A stretch of DNA of 64,000 nucleotides from NCBI GenBank assembly GCA_030265395.1, contig JARFYF010000055.1:20338896-20402895 (forward strand), read 5' to 3'. The translations under genes and the position numbers were made by a program. The notes under the pieces were generated by a model. The model was given only the letters and a program-made list of their open reading frames with translations, ran no database searches and was not told the origin of the DNA. Below are positions 40,881-53,868 of this stretch, piece after piece. Source of the stretch: Rhina ancylostomus. Taxonomy: Eukaryota. Every line of letters starts with the position of its first letter. Within the stretch, counting starts at the first letter, position 1.

Positions 40881-42329
40881 NNNNNNNNNNNNNNNNNNNN
40901 NNNNNNNNNNNNNNNNNNNNNNNNNNNNNNNNNNNNNNNNNNNNNNNNNNNNNNNNNNNNNNNNNNNNNNNNNNNNNNNNNNNNNNNNNNNNNNNNNNNN
41001 NNNNNNNNNNNNNNNNNNNNNNNNNNNNNNNNNNNNNNNNNNNNNNNNNNNNNNNNNNNNNNNNNNNNNNNNNNNNNNNNNNNNNNNNNNNNNNNNNNNN
41101 NNNNNNNNNNNNNNNNNNNNNNNNNNNNNNNNNNNNNNNNNNNNNNNNNNNNNNNNNNNNNNNNTTGTTTTAATTCCACGTTGAGACACAAGAGGCTACC
41201 CAGATCCACCTACCACTTACCAGCTCTTTGCCCACCTCTCCCCCTAACCTCCTTATACTGGCTATGTTCCCTCTACTCTTTCTGTCCACACTGAAAGGTC
41301 TCGATCCAAAACGTTAACAGTCCATTTCCCTCTATAGATGCTGTCTGAGCCACTGAGTTCCTCCAGCAGCTTCTGTTTTGCTCCAATTCCCTGTTGCAAT
41401 TTCTTTGGGGAATGTATTTACTTTATTTCATGACTCCAAAAGTTAGTGAATCATTCTGTAGGTTACATTTATCTAGAAATTTTTTACCTTATGCTTGATT
41501 GTTGGGGGTCCCATCTTTCAGTAGAAACAATAAAACTAAATCTTCTGCCTATGTCAGTGGATCCAAAGCGCCATTCACCAAAGCAGGTTGGCTGGTCATT
41601 TATATCTTTGGCTGTATGTGAGAATTGCCATGCACAACTTGGCAGCTTCAATCACGTACAGAATGCTATATTACAACCATGATTAATTCATGTGGAATGT
41701 CTGCAGATATGAAAGGTAGCATGTATTCAGGGCATATTCTTTCTTTTTGCTCAGTTGTTCAATGGCCATTTCACTTGCTACTGTCATTTTCAACGATTAA
41801 ACCATGTATTCAGCTCCCTTGGATTCTAGTTGTTAAGTATTTGACAAAAATGTTAAAGACTATTTATAATTTTAAAGCATATAGTTGAGAATAGTTAACT
41901 AACTTTAAATCCTGCATTCAGAGTTTTACCTTTAGGGGAGACTAAGTTAATATTACAGCTAATCTCTATTGTATCAGCATCATGCTGTTGGACTTGGCTT
42001 CTTCAAACACAATGAGGGAACTTCCATTCAATACCAATTCTCCAGTCTCACTTTCATCAGCATATCCGGTAGTCATCATGTAGAATAATTTTCCACTTGC
42101 ATTCACATTGGAGCTGATAAACTATTGCTTCTGGAGTCAGAATTGTCTAATGGGCAAGAAGAGGAAGAGCACAGGGAATTACTGGCTGAAAATGCCCATT
42201 GTACCTTTCTGGGCCACAAGTGTACCTAAGGTGCAGGATTGATTGTTACAAAAGTGGGCTGTTTCATCTTGCATACTACAGTCTTGTTTCTGTGAATGTG
42301 CAGTTTCTCCAACCATATGTTCTAATTGC

Positions 42330-42495
42330 ATTATTGGAAGTAAATGAATTTTATTTGTGAGGCCTTGCCATGTGTAAGTTGGTTGCTGCAATTCCCTCCA
42401 ATACATCAGTGAGTGCACTTCAGAGCATTTCAATGGCAGTAAAGTGATTTCTGATGGCCTGAGGTTCTGAAGGGCGTTATATCAATCCAAGTTAT
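42330..42495 (+). mobile_element. Deu-SINE/L2-type 3' tail fragment
   Basis: ccttgccatgtgtaagttggttgctgc...ctgaggttctgaagggcgttatatcaatccaagtt, similar to 31560-31695. Confidence 0.5.
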
Positions 42496-44640
42496 TTCCT
42501 CATTCCTCCCTTCCTTTTAACCACTTCCCAACTATGCCTTTAAGCATTTTCTGGCATTTAGATCAGAGGACCCTCAACCAGTTGTTTAACTTTTCACGCC
42601 TAACAATCAGAAACAGCTGTAGAAAATTTCCCTTTTGTCTTCTTTATTTAATATTACAGGATTCCCTTCTGAAAAACTATGACAAAAATACCAGAGCACA
42701 GATATGCCATTTTGGCAGATGCATCCAACCCATTTCTTCCCAGTACTTCATTTCTAGCCACAATCTTCAAAAGGTAAGAATGGAATGACACTTGCAGCAA
42801 TTTTCTTAAATCTACTGCAGCCCAGAATTAGAAGTTTACAGTTTAAATATTCCTAAATAAGAATGAGAGGTATGTGCAAATTTGTGATCTCCTCCCCAGT
42901 GTCCCTTCACCATTTTAAGGGCCAAAGATTCCCATGCATTTTCAAGCAACCTTTGAGACCATCACAATATATTACCTGGTGTCAAACGTATGAACAATGT
43001 TGCCTGCCCATAGGAGCCAGCTGAGTGTAATTAAGGATCTTGGTCTGAGAGAGGATCCTGAGATTGGTTTACTTATCCTGCCAGTGAATTTGGAGGATTT
43101 TGTGGAGTTAGCTTTGGTATCAACACCAAAGCAGCATCAGTTTTCCAAAAGGAAAATATTCATTATCAACTAGTCAATCTAGTGTGCATCTTAAAGAGCA
43201 AATACTTCCAACTTCAATAGCTTTTGCAATTGGGGAAAGAGGGATAGCTTGTAATTATTTTGTCAATTTTTAAGCTTGGAACAGACTTCCATTGACTCAG
43301 CATCACAAATACCTGAGCTGATCCTCCTGCGGTCCTTTCGGATTATTTGATTTATAAGAATCAAGGAAGTTTCAAAAGTGCTGGGATACATAAGCCCAGA
43401 AATGGTGTGAATTCCACATTCTTGATTCCAATTCCTCAATGGAATGGCAGCAAAGCAGAAATAATATTCCTTAACGTACATTTTTGTTTGATGGACTGGA
43501 TGGTGTTTTACTTTCAAGTCATTTGCTCAAGCAGTCAGGTCAGTTTTTGTCCCATGTATTTGTACCTTAAGGCAGCCCTTGATTGATTGTTCCTTAAGTC
43601 TAATGGACACCATTGGAATGTTACAATCAACCCAAATATGAAATACAAGGGCTGCGCTTTCCCAGATGGGTTAGACAATGAAGCAACAGTAAGGTGGAAT
43701 AGCACAGTCATTTTGTGGTATTTATCTGATCGGCATAATTAAGCAATGTGTTGTTTTAGGTTAAAAAGGAATATCAGTGCAGGAATGGGATGGGAAGGCA
43801 TGTTCTGCCCAGAATTGAAGTAGAAATTGCATGGGGAAACAATGTAACACGACTTTCACAAATGGAAGGTCTCATGCTCTGTCCATTTTACAGCCCAGTG
43901 TTTTTGTTTGGCAAAATCATTTGACCCATCATTTTTGCTATCTTTTGTTCTTTAGTTTAGGAAAATCAATTACAAGGTAGAGAACCGTGTTACCCTGTCC
44001 TGGTTATTCCATATGGAACAGTGGGATATGTCCATTAGCTGCAAAGGGAAACTTCTACCTTAAAGTTAATGGATTGCTCCTATCATAAGATACTGTCACA
44101 TCTTGTAGCATTGTTTGTACCATGCTCACAGTTCAATTGATGACAACTGTCTACAACAATTAAATGTTGTGTTTACTTGAAGCTCCATGTCTAAATGATT
44201 GAATATGTGTCAGTGATGGTCAACTGTAAAGACCACTTTAGGAGAACCTACAAAATACTAACTAGCGACAGGGGAAGGATCTCTGGAAATGCCTTCCTGC
44301 AGGAAGTAATACTGGGTGAGTTTGACCAACAGATAATGAAGAATTTCTGCTGCATTGTGCTGTGTTTAATTGACGTGACTGCTGCTACTGTCAGACTCTT
44401 AAAAAACGAATGCTGTAAGTCCCATCACCTGATGGAAAATCCAAGTCCTTTCCAAAAAGCAGTGTTATTCAATCAAAGTGAGCATTGTAATTTTAGCACT
44501 GTTTANNNNNNNNNNNNNNNNNNNNNNNNNNNNNNNNNNNNNNNNNNNNNNNNNNNNNNNNNNNNNNNNNNNNNNNNNNNNNNNNNNNNNNNNNNNNNNN
44601 NNNNNGCATTGTAATTTTAGCACTGATTAAATTATTTTCC

Positions 44641-45498
44641 TTTATTAACAAGACAGATTGTGAGGAAATTTAAAGCACAAAAATGGGTTCAATTTAAAAC
44701 TTTTTTTGCAGGGTGTTTGGGGTGGGAGAGAATAGGTTACAAAATCTTACAAAGTCCTGATAACCAAGTTTTCATTACATGAAAGAAACATATAATAGAA
44801 TTGTTCTGTATAGCAGCACAATTTATTCAACAATTTATGAAACACTCTAGACAAACAAATTAAGAGATTTATAACCTCATACCTCACACGCCACCGTTTC
44901 AAAATATGGTTCAGGAACACATTCACAAATATTCCTCTGTGCATCACTTCCACAAGAAAATACAATGACCTTTACACAGATACTGCAAATCTGCCCTTAT
45001 CCTGTCCCTGAAACCTCAAGTTTAAAAAAAATCTAAAAGCAAAGTCTTCATCTCCTATCACTCACAGCAGAAAAACCAGGTCAGCAGATAAATAGCTTGC
45101 ACGGGTCTATTTAAAGTTCCCATTTAATTACACATAAATAAATATATACATGTGGAACACTATTTGATTGCTCTGCTGAGGCTGTTGCTCCAAGCTTGTG
45201 CTTTATTAATGTCTTGCCATATTAATGTTCCCAAATTCTGATCAATTGTCCCAAGATAACTCAATGTGCGTGCCATTGATTGAGACAAGCCTGGGTTCAG
45301 GCCTTATTCGATCCCGATAAAACCAGGCTAACTCTTTACTCCTTTCTCGCCTCAATTAGAAAGTTGTCACTGCGCAGCCACCTCAACACAATCCTCCTGA
45401 TGATTATTTTATTTGTCCTTTGTTATTAATTGCACGTTGAATGACTGTTTAATCTCTTTGATAATTAGAACAGTTTGGTCCGTGCCATCTGTCCCCGG
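44641..45498 (-). other. Probable TFAP2E 3' UTR with candidate AATAAA signals (45202-45207, 44822-44827, 44641-44646 on minus)
   Basis: Repeat-free sequence after the stop codon with three minus-strand AATAAA hexamers. The true end cannot be determined from sequence. Confidence 0.5.
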
Positions 45499-45790
45499 TT
45501 ATTTCCGATGTTTGGCCTCTTTGTCTGTGCTTTTAGTCCCGGATTCCCCCGAGGGATGGCTGTTGGATGAGCTCAGGAACATCTTATCCAGCCCCTTTAT
45601 AGCCTCCACCAGGTAATTCTGGAAGGCAGTTAATGCCGCAATGATGGCAGGACTCCCGAAGCCATGTGTAATCAGGCTGAAGTGAGTCAAGCAGCTCTGG
45701 ACTCCAGCTTCAAGGATTGCTGTGGGGCGGCTGTTTCCTAATGGAGACCGGTCCTGAGCTAATAAATCTGTGAACTCTTTACAGATCTGC
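45499..45790 (-). CDS. TFAP2E: Transcription factor AP-2 epsilon, last coding exon (helix-span-helix C-terminus)
   Basis: Minus strand ttccttccttttccag|G CAG ATC TGT... gives [74 protein letters not shown]...EAKHRK*. The GLDKMFLSS and AKHRK motifs plus adjacency to PSMB2 favour the epsilon paralog. Confidence 0.92.
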
Positions 45791-45969
45791 CTGGAAAAGG
45801 AAGGAAATGGGAACAGTAAATGTTGGGTGTTGCTCATATTTGGTTTGAACAATTTCTGCAAAAGTAAAACTTGAGTGTTTCAAATAATTCCTTGACTATT
45901 TTAAATAAGCCATTAATATATAATATTAGTACCTATATCGTCATGCTTTTCTCTACAGTATTTAACATA

Positions 45970-46280
45970 CAGGGCTAGTATCCAGAAGCCCAAACTAATG
46001 ACTCCAAGATGTGAATTCAAATCATACCACAGCAGCTAGAAAATTCAAATTCAAGTCATTAAATAAATTTAGTATGGAACTCTTATATTAGTAATGGAAG
46101 ACCTGCCAACCTTATCCAGTCTGGCCTCAGCGTGACTCCAGGCCTACCATCAAGGTTGATTCCAGATTGAATCAACTCCAAGAGTCTACCAAGCTACTCA
46201 GTTCTGGAGTCAAGTTAGGAGTGGACAATGAATGCTGACTTTGCCAGTAACATCCACATCTTTTGAATGGATAAAAGAAA
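45970..46280 (+). mobile_element. tRNA-head SINE-like element with LINE-derived tail
   Basis: tccagaagccc...gaattcaaatcataccacagcagct...ccttatccagtctggcct..gtgactccag...aatgctgactttgccag...cacatc...A-rich end. Confidence 0.55.
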
Positions 46281-47169
46281 ACAGGCACAATTTTGTTTAT
46301 TATATTCATTAAATATTGTAGGTGTCTGAATCCTACGCCTCTGTTCACTTCACTTTTCACCATAGAAAGCATGCCACCCTTTAAGTTGTTACAATGAACT
46401 GTGAATGACATGCGAGTTTGAAAACTAGTGGCATTGAAGGAGAAATGTCTAGCATCATTGAGGGACCTGAATCAACAACAGCCAGTGAATCCATTGTCTA
46501 ACAATATTAAATCAGCACAAGAGTGGACCATTCTCCTTTCACCAATGAACCATTGAGGCCAATTTTCCTCTTCTCAAACTTCCATGGTGTGCCAATTCCT
46601 AGGGTATTAATCAGGAAAAATCAACTCGTATGACTGTGTCTCCAGCCTTTTAGCTCTTCTATCAGCTTCCTGGAGAAGCTCATGGCTCCCAGCATAGAAA
46701 ATTGTTTGTAAATGTCGATAAAGCTGTAGCATCTTGCTTCCCTTGTCATTTTCTACAAATTCCTTGAAGCAGCTCTCTGGATCTCCACCAGAAGCCATAC
46801 AAGCAGCCAACAGCCATATAGGCCTCTCTTTATGTCTAGGGTTGTCCTGAAGGATTGGAGACTATTTGGTTGCCATTCTCCACAGCTGTTACCAGATCAA
46901 TAAAAGACAATGGAAATTCAAGCTGTGGACTGCCTGTAAGGCCTAGGACATAACTTTTTTTCCACAGTTAGACCATACAGCAGGCTATTTAAGGGAGTTG
47001 ATCTCAGAAATCTTAACTATCACTGAAACACACATTTATAGAAAACACAGCAGTTGACTTATGGCCATAATATATACATCAACTCAGTGACTCCTTAGTC
47101 ATAGGCCAAAGTAATTACTTTGGTACTCATTTTTAAAAGCTTATAAAATTTAACAAAATTAAGGAAAAT

Positions 47170-48078
47170 CATGTAAAACTGCAGATGGCATGAAAATTGG
47201 TGGTGTTGTTGATAGTGAGGAGAGTAATTGATCTGGTAATTTGGGCAGAGCTAGTCATTTGGGCTAAGAAATGGCAGATGGAATTTAATGCCAGATAAGT
47301 GAGAGGTGACATGTTTAAGGGATCTAATAAGGTGGGGCATATACTGTGTATGGTGGCATTGTAAGGAGTGATGAGGAACAAAGGGATGTTGTACAAGTCC
47401 AAAGATCCCTGAAGGTGGCAGCACAGGTAGATATGATAGCACAGATGGCAGCACAGATAGGATAGTGAAGAAGCCATACAGGATGCTTGCCTTCATTAGC
47501 TGGGGCACAGAATACAAATGCGGGGAGGTCTTGGAATATAGCTGGAATATTTTGTGCAGTTCTGATCGCAACATTATAGGAAGGATGTGATTGCACTAGT
47601 GAGGGTGGAGAGGCAATTCACCGGGATTTTGCCTGGGATGAAATGTTTCAGTCATGAGGAGAGACTGGATAGGATGGATTTGTTTTCCTTGGAGTGGAGG
47701 AGGCTGAGGAAGAACCTGACAGAGGTATACAAAATGCATAGATAAGATACATAGTAAGAAACCTTTCCATCTTAGCACAATGTTTAAGACCAGAGGACAT
47801 AAGTATAACATGCAGAGTAAAAGGTTTACAGGGGATCTAAGGAAGAATTTCTTTCACTCAGAGGGTAAGTGAAGTCTGGACAGAATGCCTGAGAAGAGGT
47901 GAAGGAAGGTACTCTCACAATATTTAAAAAGCATCTGGACAAGCATTTGAATCTGCAAGGCATAGTAGACTATGAACCAAGTGCTGGTAAGTGGGATAGG
48001 TAGGTACTTGATGGTAGGCATTAAAACGGTGGGTCAAAATGCCTGCTATTGTGCTGTATGACTATATGACTGTTCTAT
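47170..48078 (+). mobile_element. CR1 LINE, 5'-truncated
   Basis: Decayed (F)AD..KIGG, WAKKWQMEFN..K and QFW/ERV/RRFTGILPG motifs, ending in a (ctatga)n-like tail. Confidence 0.85.
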
Positions 48079-50031
48079 GCCTCTTCAATTTTTTTTGCTT
48101 TTAGATTTTAACGGTATATGGGAAAATTGAAATGAGCCATCAGTCTTTTAAAGTCCCATTTTATTATTTTTACCCCTTTTTTTGCAATGTCTTTCTAAAA
48201 TTCCAGTTATATTTCTTGCAATCTTGTGCCCAGTTAGAAGTTATTAATATAAGAAGCATCCACTTGTAGGCTAAGTAAATTATCAGATTTGTCTATGTTT
48301 GCAGTTACTGCCCTGGCAATCAAGTACTGCCCAGTTGTACCCTGCAGTAAGTCTTTCTATTCAAATTAATTCCCCTGGAGCTGATCCTTCTATGGATGGA
48401 CAGCTCTATCAACTGCTTTGTTCCTGTTTACAATAAAAAAAGAGTGAAGTCTTTCATCCCAAGGATGGAAATCACAATTTAACTTCTAGTCCACTACATT
48501 GTGTTACAGCATCAGTCTATTTGGACAAGGAAGCCTAAGTCTAACACTGGCTGGGTACCCAAAACTAGACATGGGTCTAGATGGTGAACCAAGCAAACAA
48601 TAGTAGCTACTGCTCATCAAGGGAACAGATCAGAGGGGGATGGGTTGGGCTGTTCAAACAGACAGCTGAACAAGGCCCTAAGCCTGGAAACAGCTGCCAG
48701 TTTGATGCCCCGAAGGTACTGTGTGCACTTGTGTCACACGGAAAAATAATGAAAAATTTTGGGAAGCAAATCAAAACAACCAAAAGAAAATGGCCAGAAT
48801 AAAATATGGGCAAGCTTAGGATGGATTAGAACAGAAACAGTGCTCCTGTTGTAAAGTGCAGGGATCATCTGAACAAGCTCCTCTTTAAATGAGTTTTACC
48901 CTGCTCACAATACCCATAGGATATGGAAACAAAATGTGGAATAATTATAGGCTACGTACTATAACAGATACAAATGTCTGGCTGTGAGTTACTAAGCAGT
49001 GATTCAATTAGGAAGTTCTGATGTCACCATATACCACAAGAGTAACATGGATCATGAACCTCAGAAGAATCACAAGATTCAATGGCTACGTGATGTTTAA
49101 CACCAAACAATTGAAATATAATCTACAATTATTTCAGATTTGACATTTCAAGACACTGCCGTGGTCTCACTAAGCACAGTAAATGTGGAATGATATTGAT
49201 TAGGAAGTGATGAAGGTGGGAAGAATTGAAGATTTGAAAGCAGGCAGTGACATGTGATGCTGCACTGTGACTTCACAGCAGCACACTGTAGGGACCACAG
49301 ACCACACTAAAATACATACTATGAGGTATTAATGTATTATGATTTACAACAATGCATATTTGCTCATTGACCTCACATGAGGGTCATGGGTAATATGAGA
49401 TCCAAAGCAATACTCATCTGCTAAGGCAAATCTACCCATAAATCAAAAATAAAGACAGGAAGCTGGAAATATACAGCAGGTCTGGCAGTATCAAGTCAAT
49501 GAGTTTTCTGATGGAAAGTTATCAACCTGAAATATTTCTCTCCACAGATACCGACTGACCTGCTGCATATTTCCAGCATTCTCTATTTTCACTTCAGATT
49601 TCCAGCATCTGCAGGTTTTTTTTTTGCTTCTTGACTACAGCCTATTTCCTTAAGGTCTCTATTCATACTGGGAGGGACATCCATAGGCATGCACTGGAGT
49701 CATTTGGAAGCTAAACACTGGAAAAAGTTCTCCAGTGTAACAGCCACCACTTATAAATTTGTGGCTTCAACACTCACAGAGTCCAGATTATCAGAATCTG
49801 ATAACTCAGCAAGAAGTGGATCATCTTCTTCTTATTCTTCATTTGCATACCTTGGTGCAACAGGAGAAATAAAACAACCAATATACAACCTGCGAATAGA
49901 CTTTTAAGTATAAAAGGTTTAATTGTTAAGTAAACAAAGCCTCAGGCCAGTCAGCTAGTTAATTAGTGTTTGGTCAGCAATTCATAATACAAAACGGAAG
50001 TGTGGGATCTATAAATCACCACCCTTTATCT

Positions 50032-50033
<2 letters not shown>

Positions 50034-50075
<42 letters not shown>
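50034..50075. repeat. (CT)n microsatellite
   Basis: Directly visible run of about 21 CT units. Confidence 0.95.
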
Positions 50076-50077
<2 letters not shown>

Positions 50078-51989
50078 TGATCTCTTTAAATCAGAACAAA
50101 AGGCTGAATATAATTTTGATATAAAGCTCACAACAAAGTTCCTTAATATATTTCACAAGTATTTAAGAATATAGTCTGAGAAATTATGCAATTTAATATT
50201 TGCACTGCCAAAATAAATACTTCTTTGAACAATGATGATTCACGATTTCTTAGCAGAAACCAATGAAGCTCAGGTGGTGCATTCACTACATTTCACACTC
50301 TGAATTAAAAATGAAGCTGTTAAAATTCATTCTCCAGCTTCTTTTCCCTCAACATTCAAATAAACAAAGAAAACCAATTGCAGGATGAGGAAAGACACAC
50401 TTCCACTAAGAAAATCATACTAATGCTAGGAAATTCTTCACACTGTGCTAGGATTGTAACATCATGGGAATCACAGGCACAGATGTAGTTGGATTAATAG
50501 ATTGATTAATAGAGTGAGAGCTTAGGGAAAAATATCAGCAGCAAAGCCCTGATATTCGACAGAGGCTGAAGTTCCTGAATTAAATCTGGAACTCTAAAGC
50601 ACTAAAGACAATTTTATAGCTAACCTTGAGTATAATATTGGGAAATATGCAATTTTAAAAAAGGTTTTTAAAACACCAGAAATTTTGAGCCCACAACCCT
50701 GTAGCATAAACAAGTTAACAAATGATGGTGTAAGAATTGCTGCTTCATACTCTGGAGAGGTTTATATTTTACTATTTTTGATTAGAATCTTCTGACTTAC
50801 TATTTAAACCTGGTTGGTTTCATAAATTCTATATCACTGCATACTACGTATTGCTTAATCCAAAATAGTTTAAGTGTTGCTTTACTATATGCCAGGTAGC
50901 AGAGAGTGTTTTGGTCATTCAGAATATTGTGCTCGGGGTTGAAAGGAGCGGGGGTGGGTCCTATCATGATCTCCCTACTGCAAGAGCTTCAGAAATTAAT
51001 CAAGTCACAATTAAGTTTCTTCCACACAGGAAGGTTGGGGATTTGACAGGTGGGGAAAGCTGCCCAGAAACTCATGTCAGTGCATTGTACTCTACTTCTA
51101 AATTGAAATAAAGGGAATGAATTTCAGGGGCAGAGTACAATGCTGAAACCTGATTATACAGAACATTTAGCAATACTGACTGACTGGGGATGAATTTCTA
51201 GCAGCTTCCACTAGTCTCTTTCATTGTTATTTTTCTTCCTGACATCTTTATAGTTTTCTGTAGATTCATCATTCACTTATCTGAAAATATTACTCGGGAA
51301 GTCATTCTTGATACCCACTTCCAGTCAGTCTTTCTAAATCCAAGTCAATCACGTGGATAGATGACATGTCAGATGGAGCCTAAATGCTCTTGGCTCCATT
51401 GAAACCAGTAATGGATCCCTGGGCAAAATTGCAGTACTCACCATTGCCTGGAGTGGCAACTTCCTTTTCAATGATTGTGTTAAACAACCTAGAAAGCTTC
51501 ACAGGGGAAAACACCACACTCCAGTGAAACCCAAATACTGTCATTTCTTGCCTAGTGCCTCTTACTAGCAGAGCTGTCAAATTGATGGTGACAGTAACAG
51601 GGATTCAATGCAACACCAACTGTATGAAATATTACAAAGGTTATTCTTCCAAGAAAATTTAATGATATCACAGTTCTAAGCCCTGTGGGTTCAAGGTTGT
51701 TGGCAGGTGTGCAAATTCCAGTTTAAACAAAATATACCCTGATGGCAATACTCGAAAAACATTACATCATGACCTATTAATTAACACCAGACAGGGAAAT
51801 TTGCCAGTTATTCCCCCATAAACACACGCACATCAGATACTACACTGACGTATCACCAGGACAAAATATCACTAACCTAGAGTCAATCCTGTAGGCAAAT
51901 AAAAACACACCAGGGTCTAAATGCAATAGCCCCTGAAAATCCACAAGGGAATTCAAGATGTGTAATCTACCTTTGCTCATTTAGTGTAA

Positions 51990-53868
51990 TGCTGGCAACA
52001 TGTAAGATTGTATTAAGTGCTGCCCCTCAGCAACATCTTCCGGAAGCACAGAATCAATTTCCACATGAGCATTGATGACATCTGCCTCACCACTACTTGA
52101 ACCCCTCCATTGTCTCTAAACCGCCTATCATACATACTCAATAGAACATAGAACAATACGGGACCTTCAGCCCACAACGTTATGCCGACTTATATAAACC
52201 TACTCTCTGATCAATCTAACCACTCCCTCCTACACAGCCCATAACCCTCTATTTTTCTTACATCCATGTCCTGATTTAAGAGTCTTTTAAATGTCTCTAT
52301 TGTATCAGCCACTACCACCACCCCCGGCAGTGCATTCCAGGCACCCACCACTCTCTGTGTAAAAAAACCTACATCTCCCCTAAATTTTCCTCCTCTGACC
52401 TTAAACTGATGTCCTCTGGTATTGGCCATTGCCACCCTGGGGAAAAGATGCTGGCTGTCCATTCCATCTATGCCCCTCATAACCTTATACACCTCTATCA
52501 AGTTGCCTTTCATCCTGCATCACTCCAAAGAGAAAAGCCCCAGTTTGCTCAACCTTTCTTCACAAGACATGTTCTCCAATCCAGGCAGCATCCTCATAAA
52601 TCTCCTCTGCACCCTCTCTAAATCTTCCACATCCTTCCTCTAATGAAGCGACCAGAACTGAACATAATCCTCTAAGTGTGGTTTAAGCAGAGTTTTATAG
52701 AGCTGCAACATTACCTCGTGGCTCTTGAACTCAATCCCCTGACTAATGAAGCCGAACACACCAAACGCCTTCTTAACCATCCTGTCAAATTGCACAGCAA
52801 CTTTGAAGGATCTATGGACTTGGACCCTAAGATCCCTGGGTTCCTCCACACTGCTAAGAATCCTGCTGTTAACCTTGTACTCCGCCTTCAAGTTCAATCT
52901 TCCAATGTGTATCACTTCACACTTTTCCAGTTTGAACTCCATCTGCCACTTCTCAGCCCAGCACTGCATCCTGTCCATATCCTGTTGTAACTTACGACAA
53001 CTTTCTACACTCTCCACAACACCACCAACCTTTGTGTCATCTGCAAACTTACTAATCCACCCCTTCACTTCTTATCCAAGTTATTTATAAAGATCACAAA
53101 GAGCAGGGGGTCCCAGACATATCACTTTGGAACACCACTAGTCACCGACCTCCAGGCAGAATACCCTCCATCTACTACCACCCTCTGCCTTCTGTGGGCA
53201 AGTCAATTCTAAATCAATGAACAAAACTTCCTCTGATTAAATATTGAGAGGCCTGAAACCATCACAAGCCCATTCTCTAACCAATTACTTCATCTTCCCT
53301 TATAACTTTCTGAATCTGAACCAAACTCTGCACAATCTTGGCATTATACTTGACCCCCTGATTACCTTTAGAGCACATATTTTCTGAGTCTCACAAACTC
53401 TGTTCATACCATAAAACCTACCAAATCTGATTCAACAGTCACTCTGTATTTTTTAACCCACAGCAGCTCCCAATTAAGCAACACCACACTTTTACAATTT
53501 GTTTGGCTGTTTTCAAATCTCCTCTCTTTATCTCTGTAATTTCCCAAGCCCTATAAATTTTCAAAATCTGCCTCTCTAGTTTCTGCCTCTTAGTTATCCA
53601 CAGCTGTAATCGCTATGTTGTTGCTGGCCATAGTTACAGCTTCCAAGCCCTAAGCTCTGGAATTCCTTCCCTAAATCTGTCTGCCTTTCCACCAGTTTTT
53701 CCTCCTTTTATAAGATTCCTGAAAATTAGTTCTTACACCAAACCTTTGGTATCAGTTCTAATATCTCCACATGTGGTTATGAGTTAAATTTTTGATTGAC
53801 ATTGTGATGAAATGCCTTGGGACATTTCACTATTTTTAAAAGCACAATAGAAATGGAAGTTATTGTTA
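51990..53868 (+). mobile_element. Old L2-type LINE remnant split by the CR1 insertion
   Basis: Left of the CR1: ttccacatg..attgatgac (FH.YADD-like). Right: aacttcctctgattaaat...gaaaccatc (NFL.LN..KTE-like), then the L2 3' end ccctaagctctggaattccttccct...tgccttgggacattt...aaatggaagttattgtt. Confidence 0.6.
52140..53215 (-). mobile_element. Relatively young CR1 LINE (RT C-terminal region plus 3' UTR)
   Basis: ORFs ISKFADDTKVGGVV...WAEKWQMEF...LYKTLLKPHLEDYVQFWS and GNLIEVYKVMRG...FFTQRVVGAWNALP, with an atagaacatagaac tail. Confidence 0.92.

Noticed and set aside
45791-45861. N-terminal part of ORF 45499-45861
   Set aside because: Intronic polypyrimidine tract upstream of the AG acceptor.
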